From Lytechinus pictus (lineage: Eukaryota): a stretch of DNA of 64,000 nucleotides. Where the stretch lies: assembly GCF_037042905.1 (NCBI RefSeq), contig NC_087245.1, positions 23,624,001-23,688,000 of the forward strand. Direction: 5' to 3'. The position numbers and the translations under genes were made by a program. The notes beneath the pieces were generated by a model. It was not told where the DNA came from and did not search any database. It was given only the letters and a program-made list of their open reading frames with translations. This document shows positions 13,711 to 28,600 of this stretch, in pieces. Position 1 is the stretch's first letter. Every line of letters starts with the position of its first letter.

Positions 13711-16700
13711 TTAAGGGAAAGAGGTTCGCATTAAAATACTCACGTACACCCAATACAGTAATAGAAAACAAATGAAATCTGTTCAACATACACACAAGGT
13801 AAATCATATTGGTGTACAGTAACCATTTAATATATCAAATAAGATCGATCCATATGTAGTTAGCCACATACATTTTATGCGAATCTTCGACTGGAATATC
13901 TATACTACCACCGACTATACTGCATTTTAACCATTCATTGAATATACAGCAGTTGCAATACAGAAGATTTTATCAGAGTACAGTATACACGTTGATAAAT
14001 CATTTAAATTATTTCACATTTGTCAAAAGTTGACAAGTGTGAAATAATCTAAATAATAATCTAAAAGATATATGAAAGTAATTTCCATGCATATCTGTAA
14101 TAACCATTAAATAATTATTTTTATGCACATAATTATGAGATTACTGTATATAAAAAGGTATACAACAAAACCAAAATACACAAAAATCCTCAACCTCAGA
14201 TTATGCATATCGTAATAAAAAAGTGATTAAGAAGGGAAGAGTAAAAGCAGGGGCTACAGATAAATTCCTTTAAAAATCTTGCCTTATTTAAGATAAAGTT
14301 GCTAAGTAAACACAATGCTAAATTCATTTAAATAACATCAAATGACACTACTTCTTTTCCACAAAGAGTACTTAAGAAATCAGCAAATTATACATAGCAG
14401 TACTTTAATTACCGATGTGTGATAAGAAAGCGCGCTACATTATAAAAGGATCTTTAAGCTGTTTCTTCTGAAAATATCAAATTTCTAAAGTAAAGACAAA
14501 AAAGGCAAGATATTTTTTTCTGTTGTTTCATTTTCAACTTCATGTGACCAAGGGATAAGAATTTAGAAAGCTAAATCACTACATTTTTCAGATATTACAA
14601 CTGTGCATTGGGTCACAAACTGGTGTAAGCCTTGAAAATATTTCAGTCTTCATGCATGTTTAGCTTTGAATTAAATACTAATAGCCTAAGCAGGTGTATC
14701 AAAAATCATATTTACAATTAAAAAGAGAAAATGGATTACATTGTTGTATCTCTCTCATGGAGACATATAGAAATTATCACAATCTACATGTACCATGCAG
14801 ATCATTGAATTAAAACAAAATGGAGAGAACAATATCGCAAGGCTGGGGAGTACTAATTAAAGGCAATTAGTAACATTGTCCAAAATTCAAAATAAAAATC
14901 ACAGTGCAAGCTACTTTTGTAATCATAATTGTTTATGGGAATGATATTCAGATAAAAATAAGGGGCTAATTGGATCCCTTAGTCTGGTCTACACATATGG
15001 TGGATGAGATTAAAAAAAAACATCATTCATTCTTTATTAACATGTAATCTCCTATCAGATATTCCATTATACATGTATAAGTGTATGTAAGTATTATGAT
15101 TAAGGCAATTAATATAGTTTGAGACATACAAGATCACGATTTGACAATATGTACACTATCATCTGGGAGTTTTGTCCCCTATAACACATGCAAAGACAGA
15201 AACGCACAAGTAGATGCACAATGACAGATATATTCATGATTTATAAACACATATGCAGCTTAATACAAGATAACTTACATTTTGTACATTTATTTTTAGC
15301 TCTAGAGAGTGCCATACATCTCTGAGCATCACAGAAATATATGACAAATTTTTGAAAGAAAGCGGATTAATGGTGACACTACGCATCTGCTATTAATGGT
15401 AACAGGGAAGTGCACTTTTTTCTTAAAATATCAGCTGTCTAGAAATGCTACGATATTTCAGACTATGAAATATACAGGCGATGTTTATCTTTGCATTATA
15501 GTGTGTTTTGTTGACCTTCTGTGGGTCATAGCAAAGCATGTCCAAAACTTCAAGGAAATCTAAGGAACTAATGTCCAAGGAGCATTGTTAACACTTCTTT
15601 TATGGCCTTAAAATAGATGCAAGTTGTTCACAGAGCAATGTGAATAAAACCATTTTGAGTTTAGAATCTACTCATTTACAAGCCTAACCATTTGCAAGCA
15701 GACATTGAAATTTGCATAATTGTACGATTATTTTCAACAATAAGCCAGTTCATAGGTAGCTCATTAGTAATTTTTCTCGGATAATCTTTCCCATTTTTAA
15801 TTAGGATATGCATCATTACACTTCAAATGAAGATCTTGTTGAAGCTTTCCCAGCATAGCATTCTGTGTTATTGAAATCCTAAGAAAGACAGTCCTGGCAT
15901 ACACTACACTGTAGGTGACTAGAATAGTGTATTTAGTGATAAATTTTGGAAATCATATGTTGCATTGTCTATTATTTGGGCTACTCTCAAATCATTATGA
16001 ACACTTAGTTTCTCTTTGGTAGATGTGATGAAAAGATTACTGCAAAAAGGAATATTTGAATAATCATCAAATCACATATGCTTATGTCCATGATCTTAAA
16101 ACCACCTTGAAGATATATCTGACATTACCCTTTTCTGCTCATGCACAGAATATAAACTGAAGGTGTTTCACAAAGTGTTAAGACTTGCCTAAATTATGCT
16201 TACCAGTAAATACCAATGCACACATGATAGGTAACAAGCAATTTTATTTATTAATAAGCGGTAGCATGCGCGGAATTGGCATGACTTGACCAACAAAGTA
16301 AAGTCTTTTATACCACAAACAACTGGGAATTTAAGTGCGACCCTAAGTCACACTTATACCGCCTGTTCTATTGCTATAATCAGGTTCCACTGCCACCCTT
16401 TATACTCGAGAAATTACGGTAAAAAGGCTGTAAAGCTATATAACATCTATTGATTGACTGATTGATTGATTGAGGTTTAAGAACACTTCCAACACAATGT
16501 GTCAAATAAGTGTCTAATAATGTCTAAATGTTAATCTGTGAGAATATGTTACATGGCAGGATTTGTTTTCTTCATGTTATTTGCATGATCTATGGACTGA
16601 ATTACAGAGGTAGAGGAAGTAGGTAAAAATGGTTAGCTACTTCTCGAGAAAAAAATTCCCTATTTTTAAACAGAAAAGCAGGTTCTTTGACATGTTGTAC

Positions 16701-19700
16701 TCTCCTTTACACAGGACCTACAGCTTTAAGTCTCCTCAGAAAGACTAGAAAATTTGAGTGAGATGCCTTGCCCAAGGTCATAGATGTTACCATTGGAAAT
16801 CTGACAGTTTCTTAGTAAGAAACGTTTCATTACGTTTCAAGTAATGAAAAGATTAATTTCTTTAAGAAATTCTATAATGCTTGATAACGAATCATCTATA
16901 CAATTTTTTTATCACTATCAGTAGATAGGAAGAGCTAGATTCAAAGAAAACTTCTGAAGAAAAATCATTATTATCCCCTCAGAATCATTTCGGCACACAC
17001 ATATTGAAATAAGCCTACATTCCTATGCTGCTACACTGATGTTACCACCTAGCGCCACACCCACAATGCATTGGCCAAAATAAATTTTGTATTTTAATAG
17101 TCTTGAATAGCCAGTGCTAAGCTAGCCAAAATTTAACCAAAAAATCCAGATAACAACTTGATTTATAATAGTAAAGAGTCCATAGACAGAACAAACACAC
17201 AGAGCAGTGCCATATCTCTTTAATCTATCTAGTTTAAGCCATTTGCTAAATATCAAAACACACACACACACATGATAAAAAGTAAGAGTTATAGAACTGA
17301 AAAATTGAAGAAAAAAATATACATAAAATATAACAGTACTAGTGGCAATGGTCACAAATATATACAAACATTAACAATAAATTGCAATTGTGGTAAACGA
17401 TTACATGACAAATCAAGCAGACTTCATCTAATGTTTGTAAGAGTGTTTATATCTGCTGATACTTCATTTCCCAAGCTATGAATGATGCAATTACATTGAT
17501 TTTAAAGTCTTCCTCTCTTTAGTATTGCTCACTCTGACTACTCGACTTGAGCTTGAATATATTCTACCAACACACAGAACTGATGGTCTAATGTTCGAGT
17601 GCATGCTGATTTGTCCCACTCACATTCAATGACTTTCCACAGTAACTTTAATACACAAGAGCTAGTGTATGAAGAAAAAAGAGTCTCGTGGAAAAGAAAA
17701 GTTCTCAACATACAGAGGCATTATTTGTTTCATGACCAAACTACATGTACAGTAAAAGAATGTATTGTTTGACAGACTGATGAACACACATTCAAAGTCC
17801 AACATAAAAAACAAATTTTTCAAATACACGCTAATACCAACATACACCACTCCAAGTAAAATTATCTTATATTTTGATAAATATAACAGTAAAATGTATG
17901 ATATCCATATCAATCTGATGAATTCCCATACATCTAGTTGATACCAGTCATGAAAATACAACCTATACAGAAAGAACTCAATCACAGGTAAAGAGCTCAC
18001 AAAATGAGATGGTTGAGAAAGAGGACCTCCACTTCAGTATCCCATGGGAATGTTTCAAAGGTATGAAGACATTCGCTTGCGCTTCCATCCACAATGGCAG
18101 CTCCCGTACATTGCCCATCCTGATTTTAAAAGCAGATACTCTTTACGTGGACAAAGATATGATGGTATGTGCGTACACTTTCAATCAAAACAAAGTTCCT
18201 GCCCAGTGGATGATTTCAACTATCAGCCAAGACATTATACTAGAATTCGGGCTGGTGTTGGGACTGCAGATCTAAAATCATGCAGTATTTCTATGTTTGT
18301 GTTGAAAACCAGTTTTGAATGTCATCTGCTGAACCAAGTTTCGCAGGGGGCATTAACAATCAATGTGTATATCCACTTATTTCCCAACACAACCTTCAAG
18401 ATTCCAGCTCCATGCTTGTGTTGGTGTCGGCAATCTTAAGCTCACAAACAGAATGAAAACACCACACAAATCAATTCTTACAGTAAAGATGATTTCAAAA
18501 GGGGAAAATATCTCAATGTTAGATTTTGTATTCTATGCAGTATTGCAATTGGTAAGTTGACCAATGTATTGATGAATTATATGGTTAATAATGGTATCCT
18601 CACTATATTTTTTCCCTCTCTTTCCCCTTTCCAAACCAACCGCAATAAACTTAAAACAAAAGTGCAAGACATGATATCTACAGCCTAAAAAAAAATCTTT
18701 GATCTATCTAAAAATCAATTGATTGTGATTGTGCCTCCATCTACACGTATAGGAATAACCATACACAAAATTAGAGGATTTTAGATCTGTATGTTGGCAT
18801 AGAAGACTGCTATGTACTGACATAGTTTCAAGACACTGTGTCACATTCTCTCCCTCACCCACTCTTCTCGCTTCGTCCCAAATCTAGAACATGCACTCGC
18901 ATACACTGGCTACGACTTCATCAGAAGCCAACACCCAGTGGCAGTACACGTTGAGTGTGATCTGAACAGTTTTATCTGTAGTCAACCGAACCACTCAACC
19001 ATGTTGGCAGGCATGTTCTGTGGAGAGGAATGTTCTCCTCCACAGAATCAGGGATGCCAGTCAGTTTTACTCTCTGAGCAATGAAAAGCCATGAAAGCCC
19101 AAGAACTATTGTACAATACAAAGCCTGAAATGTGGAGTTCTCAGGGCCTGAAATCAAACAAAAGCCTTTTACGCAAAATGCAACAATCTAAATATCTCTC
19201 ATGCGGTGAATGCACTGTCCAACTGTGGACACCTGAAATTTGTGGAAATAACAACAGTACACTAACTGAATTGGTGTGAAATGATCGATATATGACATCG
19301 AGGGTGACTTCACGTTTGACATAAACAATTTCAGTCTCATCCGCAGCAATACGCATGCATCATTTCCAGACTGACTGTATTCAAAAGGACATTTCATGAA
19401 GCTCCAGATCATTGATTCTGCTGAAGTTCTTGCACCCGACTGACCGAGATCATTTTGTTTTTCAGTGAAAATCACTGGCAAGATGCTTCCTGTAACACCC
19501 CCTGATTTTCAATGACATCTTTAAAGCATTCTCAATGCTCTCCGACATGCACTTCTTGAACAAACAATTGCTATGAAGTACATTGTTTTTTAATGCAAAG
19601 CCAATTCAGTTGACTCTACATGCTTGGAGCAAGGAGTTTGCACTCACCACATTCTACACAGGACACTATCAGCTATTGGTATTGAGCCCCCCCCCCCCTC

Positions 19701-21630
19701 CCCCCATAAGCAAAAGTATTATTAAATAAAAAAGAATGTTTAAGATTGTATGTTTGGCTCAAAACAGAAAATACATCCCCCCTTGGATCTTTGCCACTGA
19801 TTGCGTGATCGCCGTGAAAATTTGCATGCGTGTAGAGCCCGGTGTAAACTGCAAGAATATATAGTAAAATTTTCAAAAAAATTAATTGTTTATATTTTTT
19901 TATGAATTAATTATGCAAATAAGCATATATGAAATTTGACCTAAATTTGTTTTATTTGTGTATTTTTGCCTTTAACTCACTTTATATAGCTAGTAGAATG
20001 CTTATTTTTGGTGAGAATATCAATTTTTACATTTCTAACAAATATTGACCCAAAAATTGCAAAAATATAATTAATTTCTTATGTATTTTATTATTTGTTA
20101 AATTCTTATGTATATCTTTGTTTTTTATTGATTTTCAATGAACGCTGTCGGGGACCGTTTTGCGATAAAAATAGCATAAAATAAATCCATTTGAAGCAAC
20201 AAAAGTGAAAATAATCATACGTTTATGATTTTTGTTTCAAAAACACAAATTTGCATTGACTTTGTACACGGAATCACGTTTTTGACCAATTTTTGGGGTC
20301 TGACATGCACATACAAAATGTTGCGTAATTTGGAGGTCGCAAATTTGGTCTTCAAAGATGCCAAGACTTGAAAGTAAAAAGTCAGTGAGTGGCGCAGCAT
20401 AAAAAGATTTCGCGCAACGGTGTAGTGACAAAATTTGTCGAGGGAGGGGGGTCAAATTGACCCCCCCTTTAGATAAGGGCTAAGTTATATTCTGAAATTC
20501 AATAAATGCCAGAGCCAAATCAATTGTTTGTGACCAGGCCATGCCAAAGATATCGCTATTACCTTCTAATGTGATCCCAATCCAAACTTTAGCAGGGTTA
20601 CCTGTATGTTTGTGGCAGATAGACATTCTGACTATGGTATATATCCATAAAATATATTCCCATATTATACTACTCTTGGGCGACATATTATTTCAGTCCA
20701 TTCACAAAACATCATCTGATCAATACCTGAATAAAAGGTAGGTGATTTTCCATTGCAGTGAATCATGATTTCCAAGTCAGATTGACTGAACAAAAAATGA
20801 ATTTCCTTTTGGAACAATTGTTATTATTATCCATGTGAAGAAAATTAATATTTCCATTTCTAACATATAATCATATATTTTAATATTAGAAGTTAGAATA
20901 TTCACTAGTTACTTACATGTATGAAACTGATACATGTAATATTACAACAGCTAAACAAAATTACAACTTTCTGTTTGTTTGTTTTTTCTTAAGTACACTA
21001 TGCTGTCTTCCTGTTTGTAATTTAGGCCAAAACAAGGAAAAACCAAGTAAATTTAAAGAATAATGTTCTTATGACTGATTATCAGAGAAAAAGAATACCA
21101 GACAAGCTGAACAAGATACGGGCCCAGTCAATATCAGGGACCGTAGAAAGGGTTTGAAAAAGTGACCAAAGAAATAATATGTGAATAAGCTTAAAATGAA
21201 CAGTACATTCCGACATCTAAAAAGTTTTGGCATCGATTTCTTTCCAGAGTACATTTTCCAAATCAAAAGATCTCTCTCAAATCCTTACTGCATCCACTCT
21301 TGCAGAAAATCCTTGCACACCCCCTACGTTTGCAATTAATTCTTTTTTATCCAGCCATTTGTGCTTGCACCCTCGTCCAAGCTTGCACAAATGGTTCAAG
21401 GCTGCCAACATTGGATATAACTTCATAGTTGAGAGTGAGACTCCAATAGAATTAGGGGTCACAATTAGTAAAATCAATAGAAATGCATGCAAATGAAACA
21501 AAATCTCTAGGAGTCTCACTCTCAATGATTGAGAGTTGGCAGCCATGATGTTTTGGAATGGAGATGCATTTCACTGAAAAATGTGCATGCAAGTAGAATG
21601 AAGCCTCTGTCTGGCTTTCTGTCTCGCTCT

Positions 21631-21805
21631 CTATGCATCAAGCGAGGTCTTTTTCTCCGGTTCTGTTTCCACAGAGAGCACGGTGAATGTATCCATCACA
21701 TCTGATGGGAAGGATCCTAGGGTGGTCAGAAGATGATTTTGGGCTCCTCGGTTGATGGCATCCAACGACACTGTGAAATTAACCTGCACATTTGGTTGAC
21801 CGTCA
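21631..21805 (-). CDS. Last coding exon (5/5) of type II membrane SEA-domain protein
   Basis: Acceptor cccctattgcag|T completes the GT|T Val codon. Reads DGQPNVQVNFTVSLDAINRGAQNHLLTTLGSFPSDVMDTFTVLSVETEPEKKTSLDA* with TAG at 21633-21631. Confidence 0.85.
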
Positions 21806-23094
21806 CTGCAATAGGGGATGATAAAAACATAAAAAGGATGCATTTAATACCAAAATGACACCCTGAAAAATTCATGTTAACCCCAATACCCGGGGGGGGG
21901 GGGGGGGGGGGGGGACGTTACCCCCGTCAAATTTTTGTTGGTACTTTTTAACGCCTTAATATTTCAAAAAGGAAATTTCATGATAAATGAAAGAACCACA
22001 TGCTTCACATCAACAGGGGCAGCACCAGCATATTTCAAATATATTTCACCGTGTCCTTATAATTTAAAACAAAAGTCTAGAATTACTTCAGACGTTTGTC
22101 CATTTACATGTATGTCCAATTATCATTTCACTTTGACCTGATTCTGAATATTCTCATTTTTGTTCTTGGAAATGGGCTAAATGTAAAACATATAGTGTAA
22201 AAATACCAGTCCAGAAGTTTCAGAGTGTCATATCTGCAAGAACTATTAAAATATTTGAAGATATAAACCAAAGGCTGGAAATGAATTGGGTTGGTTTCAA
22301 TAGTTAACCATTCTAGTATATAAGTATAATACACAATAAGGACTGCTTCCAAATACTTCCTGTCAAAATTCGATTTCTATACCAGAACTTGACCTTATCA
22401 CAAGTAGTGGACTACAGATAGAGAATTGCTACTTAAATACCTCTTAATTCTTTATATACAGCCATTTCTCTCTGTTTTTTTTTTTCATTTTTGTAAAATG
22501 AGATTTTGAGTAATTCATCAAATAATGCAGAATTAAAAATATATAAACTCTATGATAAAAGAGTATCAAAGTCGGTTTATTAAAAATCAATCATTTATAT
22601 TTTCAATGTTCACCTGAACAATGTATCAGTTGGGCTAAAAAAACATTGGGTAATAAAAAAATCAATGATGAGATTTTTGCAGAGAATAAAGTTGGGAAGA
22701 AAATGTGTGGTGACATTTTTTTTATTTAGTCTCATGCCCGACCCCCCCCCCCCCGGCTGAATATCTGAAACCCCTCAGAATAGAAATTTAAGAGACTGAT
22801 ATGAGACATTGTTTTAAATTCTGAGGGAAAAGAAATATTTTAGAATTTGATGATTACAGCTGATAGATCTTTTTTTTTTAGATTACCCCACTGTACACGG
22901 TAAGGTTTACAAAATTAATGAAAGTTTACTTCATATATAAGTATTACAGTTTTTAAGATATAAAAAAAGAGCTCCAAGCAGTCTATCCAAGCTTTTGAAA
23001 CACTGATGATTAATTGAATGGGCCAATTTTACATACTGTAACAAATACATACATGTACTTTGAAAAAAAAAGAAATATGTATACTAATACTTAC

Positions 23095-23165
23095 ACTATC
23101 TGGTCCACAATGGTGCTTTGATACATGAAATTAACAGCACTTGGAACTGCATATACTTTATCCAT
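23095..23165 (-). CDS. Coding exon 4/5 of SEA-domain protein
   Basis: aatgtag|ATGGATAAA...ATAGT|gtaagt; 71 nt, phase 0 to 2; MDKVYAVPSAVNFMYQSTIVDQI(V). Confidence 0.85.
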
Positions 23166-23995
23166 CTACATTGTACATAGGGAAAATAAAACACAAAGAT
23201 TTAAACACAAATGATCCCATTCTTTCTACAAAATGATAGGATGTAAAGAGCAAGCAAGTCCTACATACATGTATTTTCTGTTTATAACAGCAATAATTCA
23301 TAATGTTGATGAAGATGATGGTAATGAAACCAAGTAGAGGGTGTATGATGGTGGGCCCCAAGTCTGCGCACCTAACAATTTGAGTTAAGATTTAACATGA
23401 ATTTCTTCTTATTTTACAAAATCTTTTGGTTAATAGTGTTCCTTATATTATTAAGAGTAAGTGTACCAAATTTCTCATTAAAAAATGAAAGAAAATATAA
23501 GATTTTTTTGAAAAAACCTTTGGGCAGTCATTTTCAGATTGAAAAAAAAATGGTACCCCATGTCTGCGCACTCGTTCACTTTGCACACGATTCAGGGATT
23601 TTGATGACAAAGGCTGCATTTTGAGGCCGTCACATGAAATGCCCTGAATTCATTATTTTCCACCATTTTGAGTCGGATTTTTTTATGAATACCCGTCTAT
23701 GTATTGCATGTGTAAAGTTTGTGCTCGTTGCGTATCTTCTTTTACTAGAATCGCGCAGATACATGTACGCAGGTGCACAGACTTGGGAGACCGCGCAGAC
23801 ATGGGGGAACTGACCATACTACTACTACATACATTTTTTGGGGGCCACCATACTTTTCTGCAGTTTGTATATTTCTTGCCAGTGATACATGTATATCAGT
23901 TAAAATTATTTTGTACATGACTTTTTATTTGTGATTCAAGCACCCGAGTATGCATTTTGGAACATTTTTTTTTCTTTGTAATTGGTTTAATTTAT

Positions 23996-24275
23996 AATAA
24001 TAATAATAATATAGGATTTGTATAGCGCACGTATCCACCTTGCTAGGTACTCAAGGCGCTCCTATATTACCCCGGCTAAGCTAGTCTACCGATTCTGGTG
24101 CGCACAGCCTTTTGAGGAATTACTTCCTGCCGGTACCCATTTACCTCACCTGGATCGAGTGCAGCACAGTGTGGATAAATTTCTTGCTGAAGGAAAACAT
24201 GCCATGGCTAGGATTCGAACCCACGACCCTCTGTTTGAAAGGCGAGAGTCAGAACCACTAGACCACGACGCGCCC
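23996..24275 (-). mobile_element. tRNA-derived SINE with (ATT)n tail
   Basis: Minus strand has A box TGGTCTAGTGG, B box GGTTCGAATCC, central caggtgaggtaaatgggtacc, 3' gcgctatacaaat, then (att)n. Confidence 0.9.
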
Positions 24276-24525
24276 ACGACATAATGATGGTCACTGCATG
24301 TTATATATCTATTTTATCTGTTATATTTTATGTTTTTGATTGTGAACTCACATTGTTTATAGTCTTATACTACATTGTACGCTAAAACGGTCAGACAAGG
24401 CAAAATTTTATTGAATTCCATGTAAAATTTGATTTACTTTTTAGTGGCTGAATGCTACGTGTGATGGCAGTACACTGCCCATGCTATACACAAGAGAAAT
24501 ACAGTGTACATGGAATGATGCCTAT

Positions 24526-25250
24526 TATAGTAGACCGGCCAAAACGATTTTTTATACTTTGGACGGCAAAATTTGTTAAAGCTTGCTAATGCTTGGCATC
24601 CCAGCTAATTGTCTTGCAAAAATACCCAGGAATAGCGTACGGCCGGATGCCAAGCGCATTTTTGCGTGAAAGTGTCATTTTTAGCGTAAAATCTGAAAGA
24701 CTGTCGAGAATCACGCATTTTGATATTTTGACGGATTATCATCATATTTTTTATTATCTTTGATATGGAATTATTTTTATTCAGAGTTTCAAATTATAAG
24801 TCTACTAAATAAGCATTTCAATTTGGAATATTACACACACATATATGGCACTATGAAATATAAAATTGTGATTTATTCAAAATAAAAGTTTGTGAAAACT
24901 ATCAATGGTATAATGTTTGTGCTCTGCATCTCAATTTCGTGTGTAATATTCAAATTTGAAATGCATATTTATGAGACTTATAACTTGAAACTCTGAATAA
25001 AAATGATACCATATCAAAGATAATAAAAAATATGATGATAATCCGTCAAAATATCAAAATGCGTGATTTTTGACATTCTTTCAGATTTTACGCTAAAAAT
25101 GACACTTTCACGCAAATTGCGCTTGGCATCCGGCCGTACGCTATTTCTGGGTATTTTTGCAAGACTTTTAGCTGGGATGCCAAGCATTAAAAAATTTTGC
25201 CGTCGAATCCTTATCTAGAGCACTTTTTGACGTTTGGCCGGTCTACTATA
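24526..25250. mobile_element. Long near-perfect foldback MITE
   Basis: tatagtagaccggccaaa ... tttggccggtctactata; the arms are complementary over about 300 bp. Confidence 0.9.
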
Positions 25251-25660
25251 TTGGATATTCTGATCTACATGTAGTTGCAGATGATGATTTGTTTACAACA
25301 TCAATAATAATAATAATAATAATAACAATAATATTAATAATGATAATAATAATGAAAATTTATATGTTAATAAAAAATAGTTTTTTTTTTCCTAAAATTT
25401 ATAAAAAAATCATAAAATGTCTCTGAGAAAATGCCAATTTGAAGAATCTGACAAACTGGGATGCTGCTTGTGAAATGTCAGATCTTAAAAAAAAATCAGA
25501 ACTTTTAATACTCTCTGGTGGATTTTCATCAAAAGCTCCATTAATATGTTCCTGTCATTCTGCTTTTTAATCAACTTGACATCAGGGTGGTATTCCCCCT
25601 AAAGTTATGAATTATATTGACATCCTTTTAATATCTGGTATTCCCCATGAAATCAATAAG

Positions 25661-28600
25661 ATTTTATTTTATTTTATTTTATTTCAGCATTTTTCCAACA
25701 GAAATAATTAACAAACATAATGTACAACATAAAGAAAAAAATAGTGATACATTTCTTTTTACAAAAATAAATACAAATAATCATTCATTTGCAAAAATGT
25801 ATATAGATAGTATTAGTTTGCAATATTATAAGTTGTACTTTGTTGAGTAGACAAAAAAAAAAATGCTGGAGACCGCTACCATTAGCAGTGCTTGACTAGG
25901 GTAGCGGCCTCAAAACGTATTAGCGAAATAGACAAAAAAGAACGAAGTACAAATCAAGCATTGACTTAAATTAATTATAAACAGATATTATTAATACGAT
26001 ATTTACATGCAAGAACCTTGTATGCCTGATATTATGTGCACATTTGACGTATTTGCATGTTTGTGCATGTGCAAACGTGTGCGCGTGTGCAAATGTATAT
26101 TTAAAATTGTATGTGTATGTATAAGTGTGTGTGTGTGTTGAGAGTGTGTGTGCGTGTCGGTATATGAGGGTGTGGGGGTAGTATTAATTAGGAATTATTG
26201 AATGGTTCCAGGATACAGCTTGAAATGATAGAAAAGTTTGATACTATGACTTAACTTTTTTCATTTTCTGATGTAACAGTTTATGAGATCAGATAGAAAT
26301 TAAAAATTTACCAAGAAAATTGAAAATTGACCAAGACCCGTAGAACTCTTTTTATATATATGCATAAATTATTCAGAATTGTATTTGCGTGTCATAAATT
26401 TTTTAAAGGATGATTTGAATGAGTTAAGAGAGGGACATTGTTTCAAGTATTGTGGTAAGGAATTCCAGGTATCTGGTCCATGATGGCGAACTGATTTTTG
26501 AGCAAGAATAAGTTTGGGGTTGTGTAGATGATAATCAGAAGAGTGGCGGGTTGGATATGCATGTATATTTGAATTTAAATTGAATAATGATGGAAGATTA
26601 TTGTAAGTGTATCTAAACATAAATATACCTGTTTGTAGAGTGTGAATATCCTGTATTTTAAGTGCATTTAAACGCTGAAATAGAGGTTCTGTGTGGGAAA
26701 TATAATGCGAATGAGTAACGTTACGAATTGCTCGTTTTTGGAGAAGTAGAAGAGAGTTTATTTTCGTTATACTACAGTTACCCCATACAATATTGCAATA
26801 CATCATATGTGAAAGTACTAGGGAGTTGTATAGAACCAATAATGATTTTTCAGAAAGAAAGTCTTTTAATTTGTAAATTATTCCTATGTTTCTTGATATA
26901 TATGTATGTACATTGTGTATGTGTTCATTCCACGTTAGATTGGAGTCAATTGTTACTCCCAAGAATTTGGTAGAGTGCTTTTCAGTAAGAGGTAAACCGT
27001 CAATTGATAAATTGGGAGCTGGTAAGTGTGGATTAGCTTCTCAAAAGTGTATAAAATTGGTTTTGCTTATGTTAAGTGAAAGTTTGTTTGTTTTAAACCA
27101 TTGGGATATTTTAGAGAGTTCTGAATTAAGAATATGAGTTAGAGTATCTAAATTAGCATGGGAATAGAAAATACTGGTATCGTCGGCAAAAATTATGAAA
27201 TTTAGAATTGGGGATGAATTTATGATATCATTAATATAGATAATAAAAAGTAGGGGTCCAAGAATTGATCCCTGTGGTACGCCGCACTTGATATTTTGTT
27301 TTTGTGAGTTTTGAGATTGGAAATGTACGTATTGTTGTCGATTATGTAAATAGTCTTCAAACCAGGATAGTGCTTGTCCCCTTATTCCATATGACTTTAA
27401 TTTATAAATTAATATTTTGTGGTCGATTGTATCGAAAGCTTTCGAAAGATCCATGTAAATTCCAATCAAATGTTCCTTTCTGGTGAAAGCTTCAATGATT
27501 TTGTCGTACATATATAATAAGGCATAATCTGTTGAGTGTCCTTCTCTAAAACCGAACTGATTAGGAATAAAAATATCATTGTTTTTCAGAAAAGTAAAGA
27601 GTCGTTTATAAATAATTTTTTCAATAATTTTAGATATTGATGGTAGTAAAGATATGGGCTTGTAATTGCTGATTAAGGAGGAATCTTTTTTTTTATAAAT
27701 TGGTATTACTTTTGCGAGTTTCAGGGAATCCGGGCATTTGCCTGTTAAAAGAGAGAGATTAAATATATTGGATAGTGGATGAGCAATGTAATGAATAATT
27801 TGTTTAAGCAAATAAACACTAATTCCGTCATGCCCACAAGACTTGCTAGATTTCAGTTGTTGAACAATACTAATTATTTCAAGTTCATTAGTTGGTCTTA
27901 AAAAGAGTGAGTTTTCACATGCTGGAGATAGGAATTTAGTGAAATGTGAATCATTTACATGAATGTTTGAGGCCAGATTGGGACCTACATTAGTGAAATA
28001 ATCATTGAATGCATTTGAAATTGTTTTTGGGTTAGTAATTTCTTGACCATCAACATTAAAACTATTTGCAATATCATGTTTTTTCTTACCTAAGAGATCG
28101 TTGACAGTTTTCCATAAAAAAGTAACATTATTTGCATTTTCCTCTATATTTTTTTAATAGTACAGTTTTCGAGATAGACGAATAATGGATGTCAATTTAT
28201 TTCTATATTTTTTGTATTTGTCAAATTTTACCTTACATTGAGTTTTTAGAGCTTGCTTATAGAGTTTATTCCGTGTTGATATTGATCGTTTAATGCCCTT
28301 TGTGATCCATGGTTGTTTATTCTTTTTAAGGACCTTATCTTTTACAAGAGGTATGTTTTTGTTATAATAATGTAAAAGTTTTTGAATAAATATTTCATAA
28401 GCAACATCGGCGTTAGTTTCGTTCAATACTTCATTCCAATCTTCTTCAGCTAAATCAGTTTTTAGTGCATCGATGTTGCGTTGGGTTTCTTTTCTGTGCA
28501 TTTCTTTTTTGTTTTTATTTGTATGTTGTTGAATTTTAGCTTGATTAGAAATAACAAATATAGGTAAATGGTCCGAAATGTCAGAATAAATTATGCCATT

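Noticed and set aside
24205..24275. tRNA genes at 24.2 kb and 60.3 kb
   Set aside because: Both are A/B-box heads followed by SINE bodies, with defective anticodon arms.
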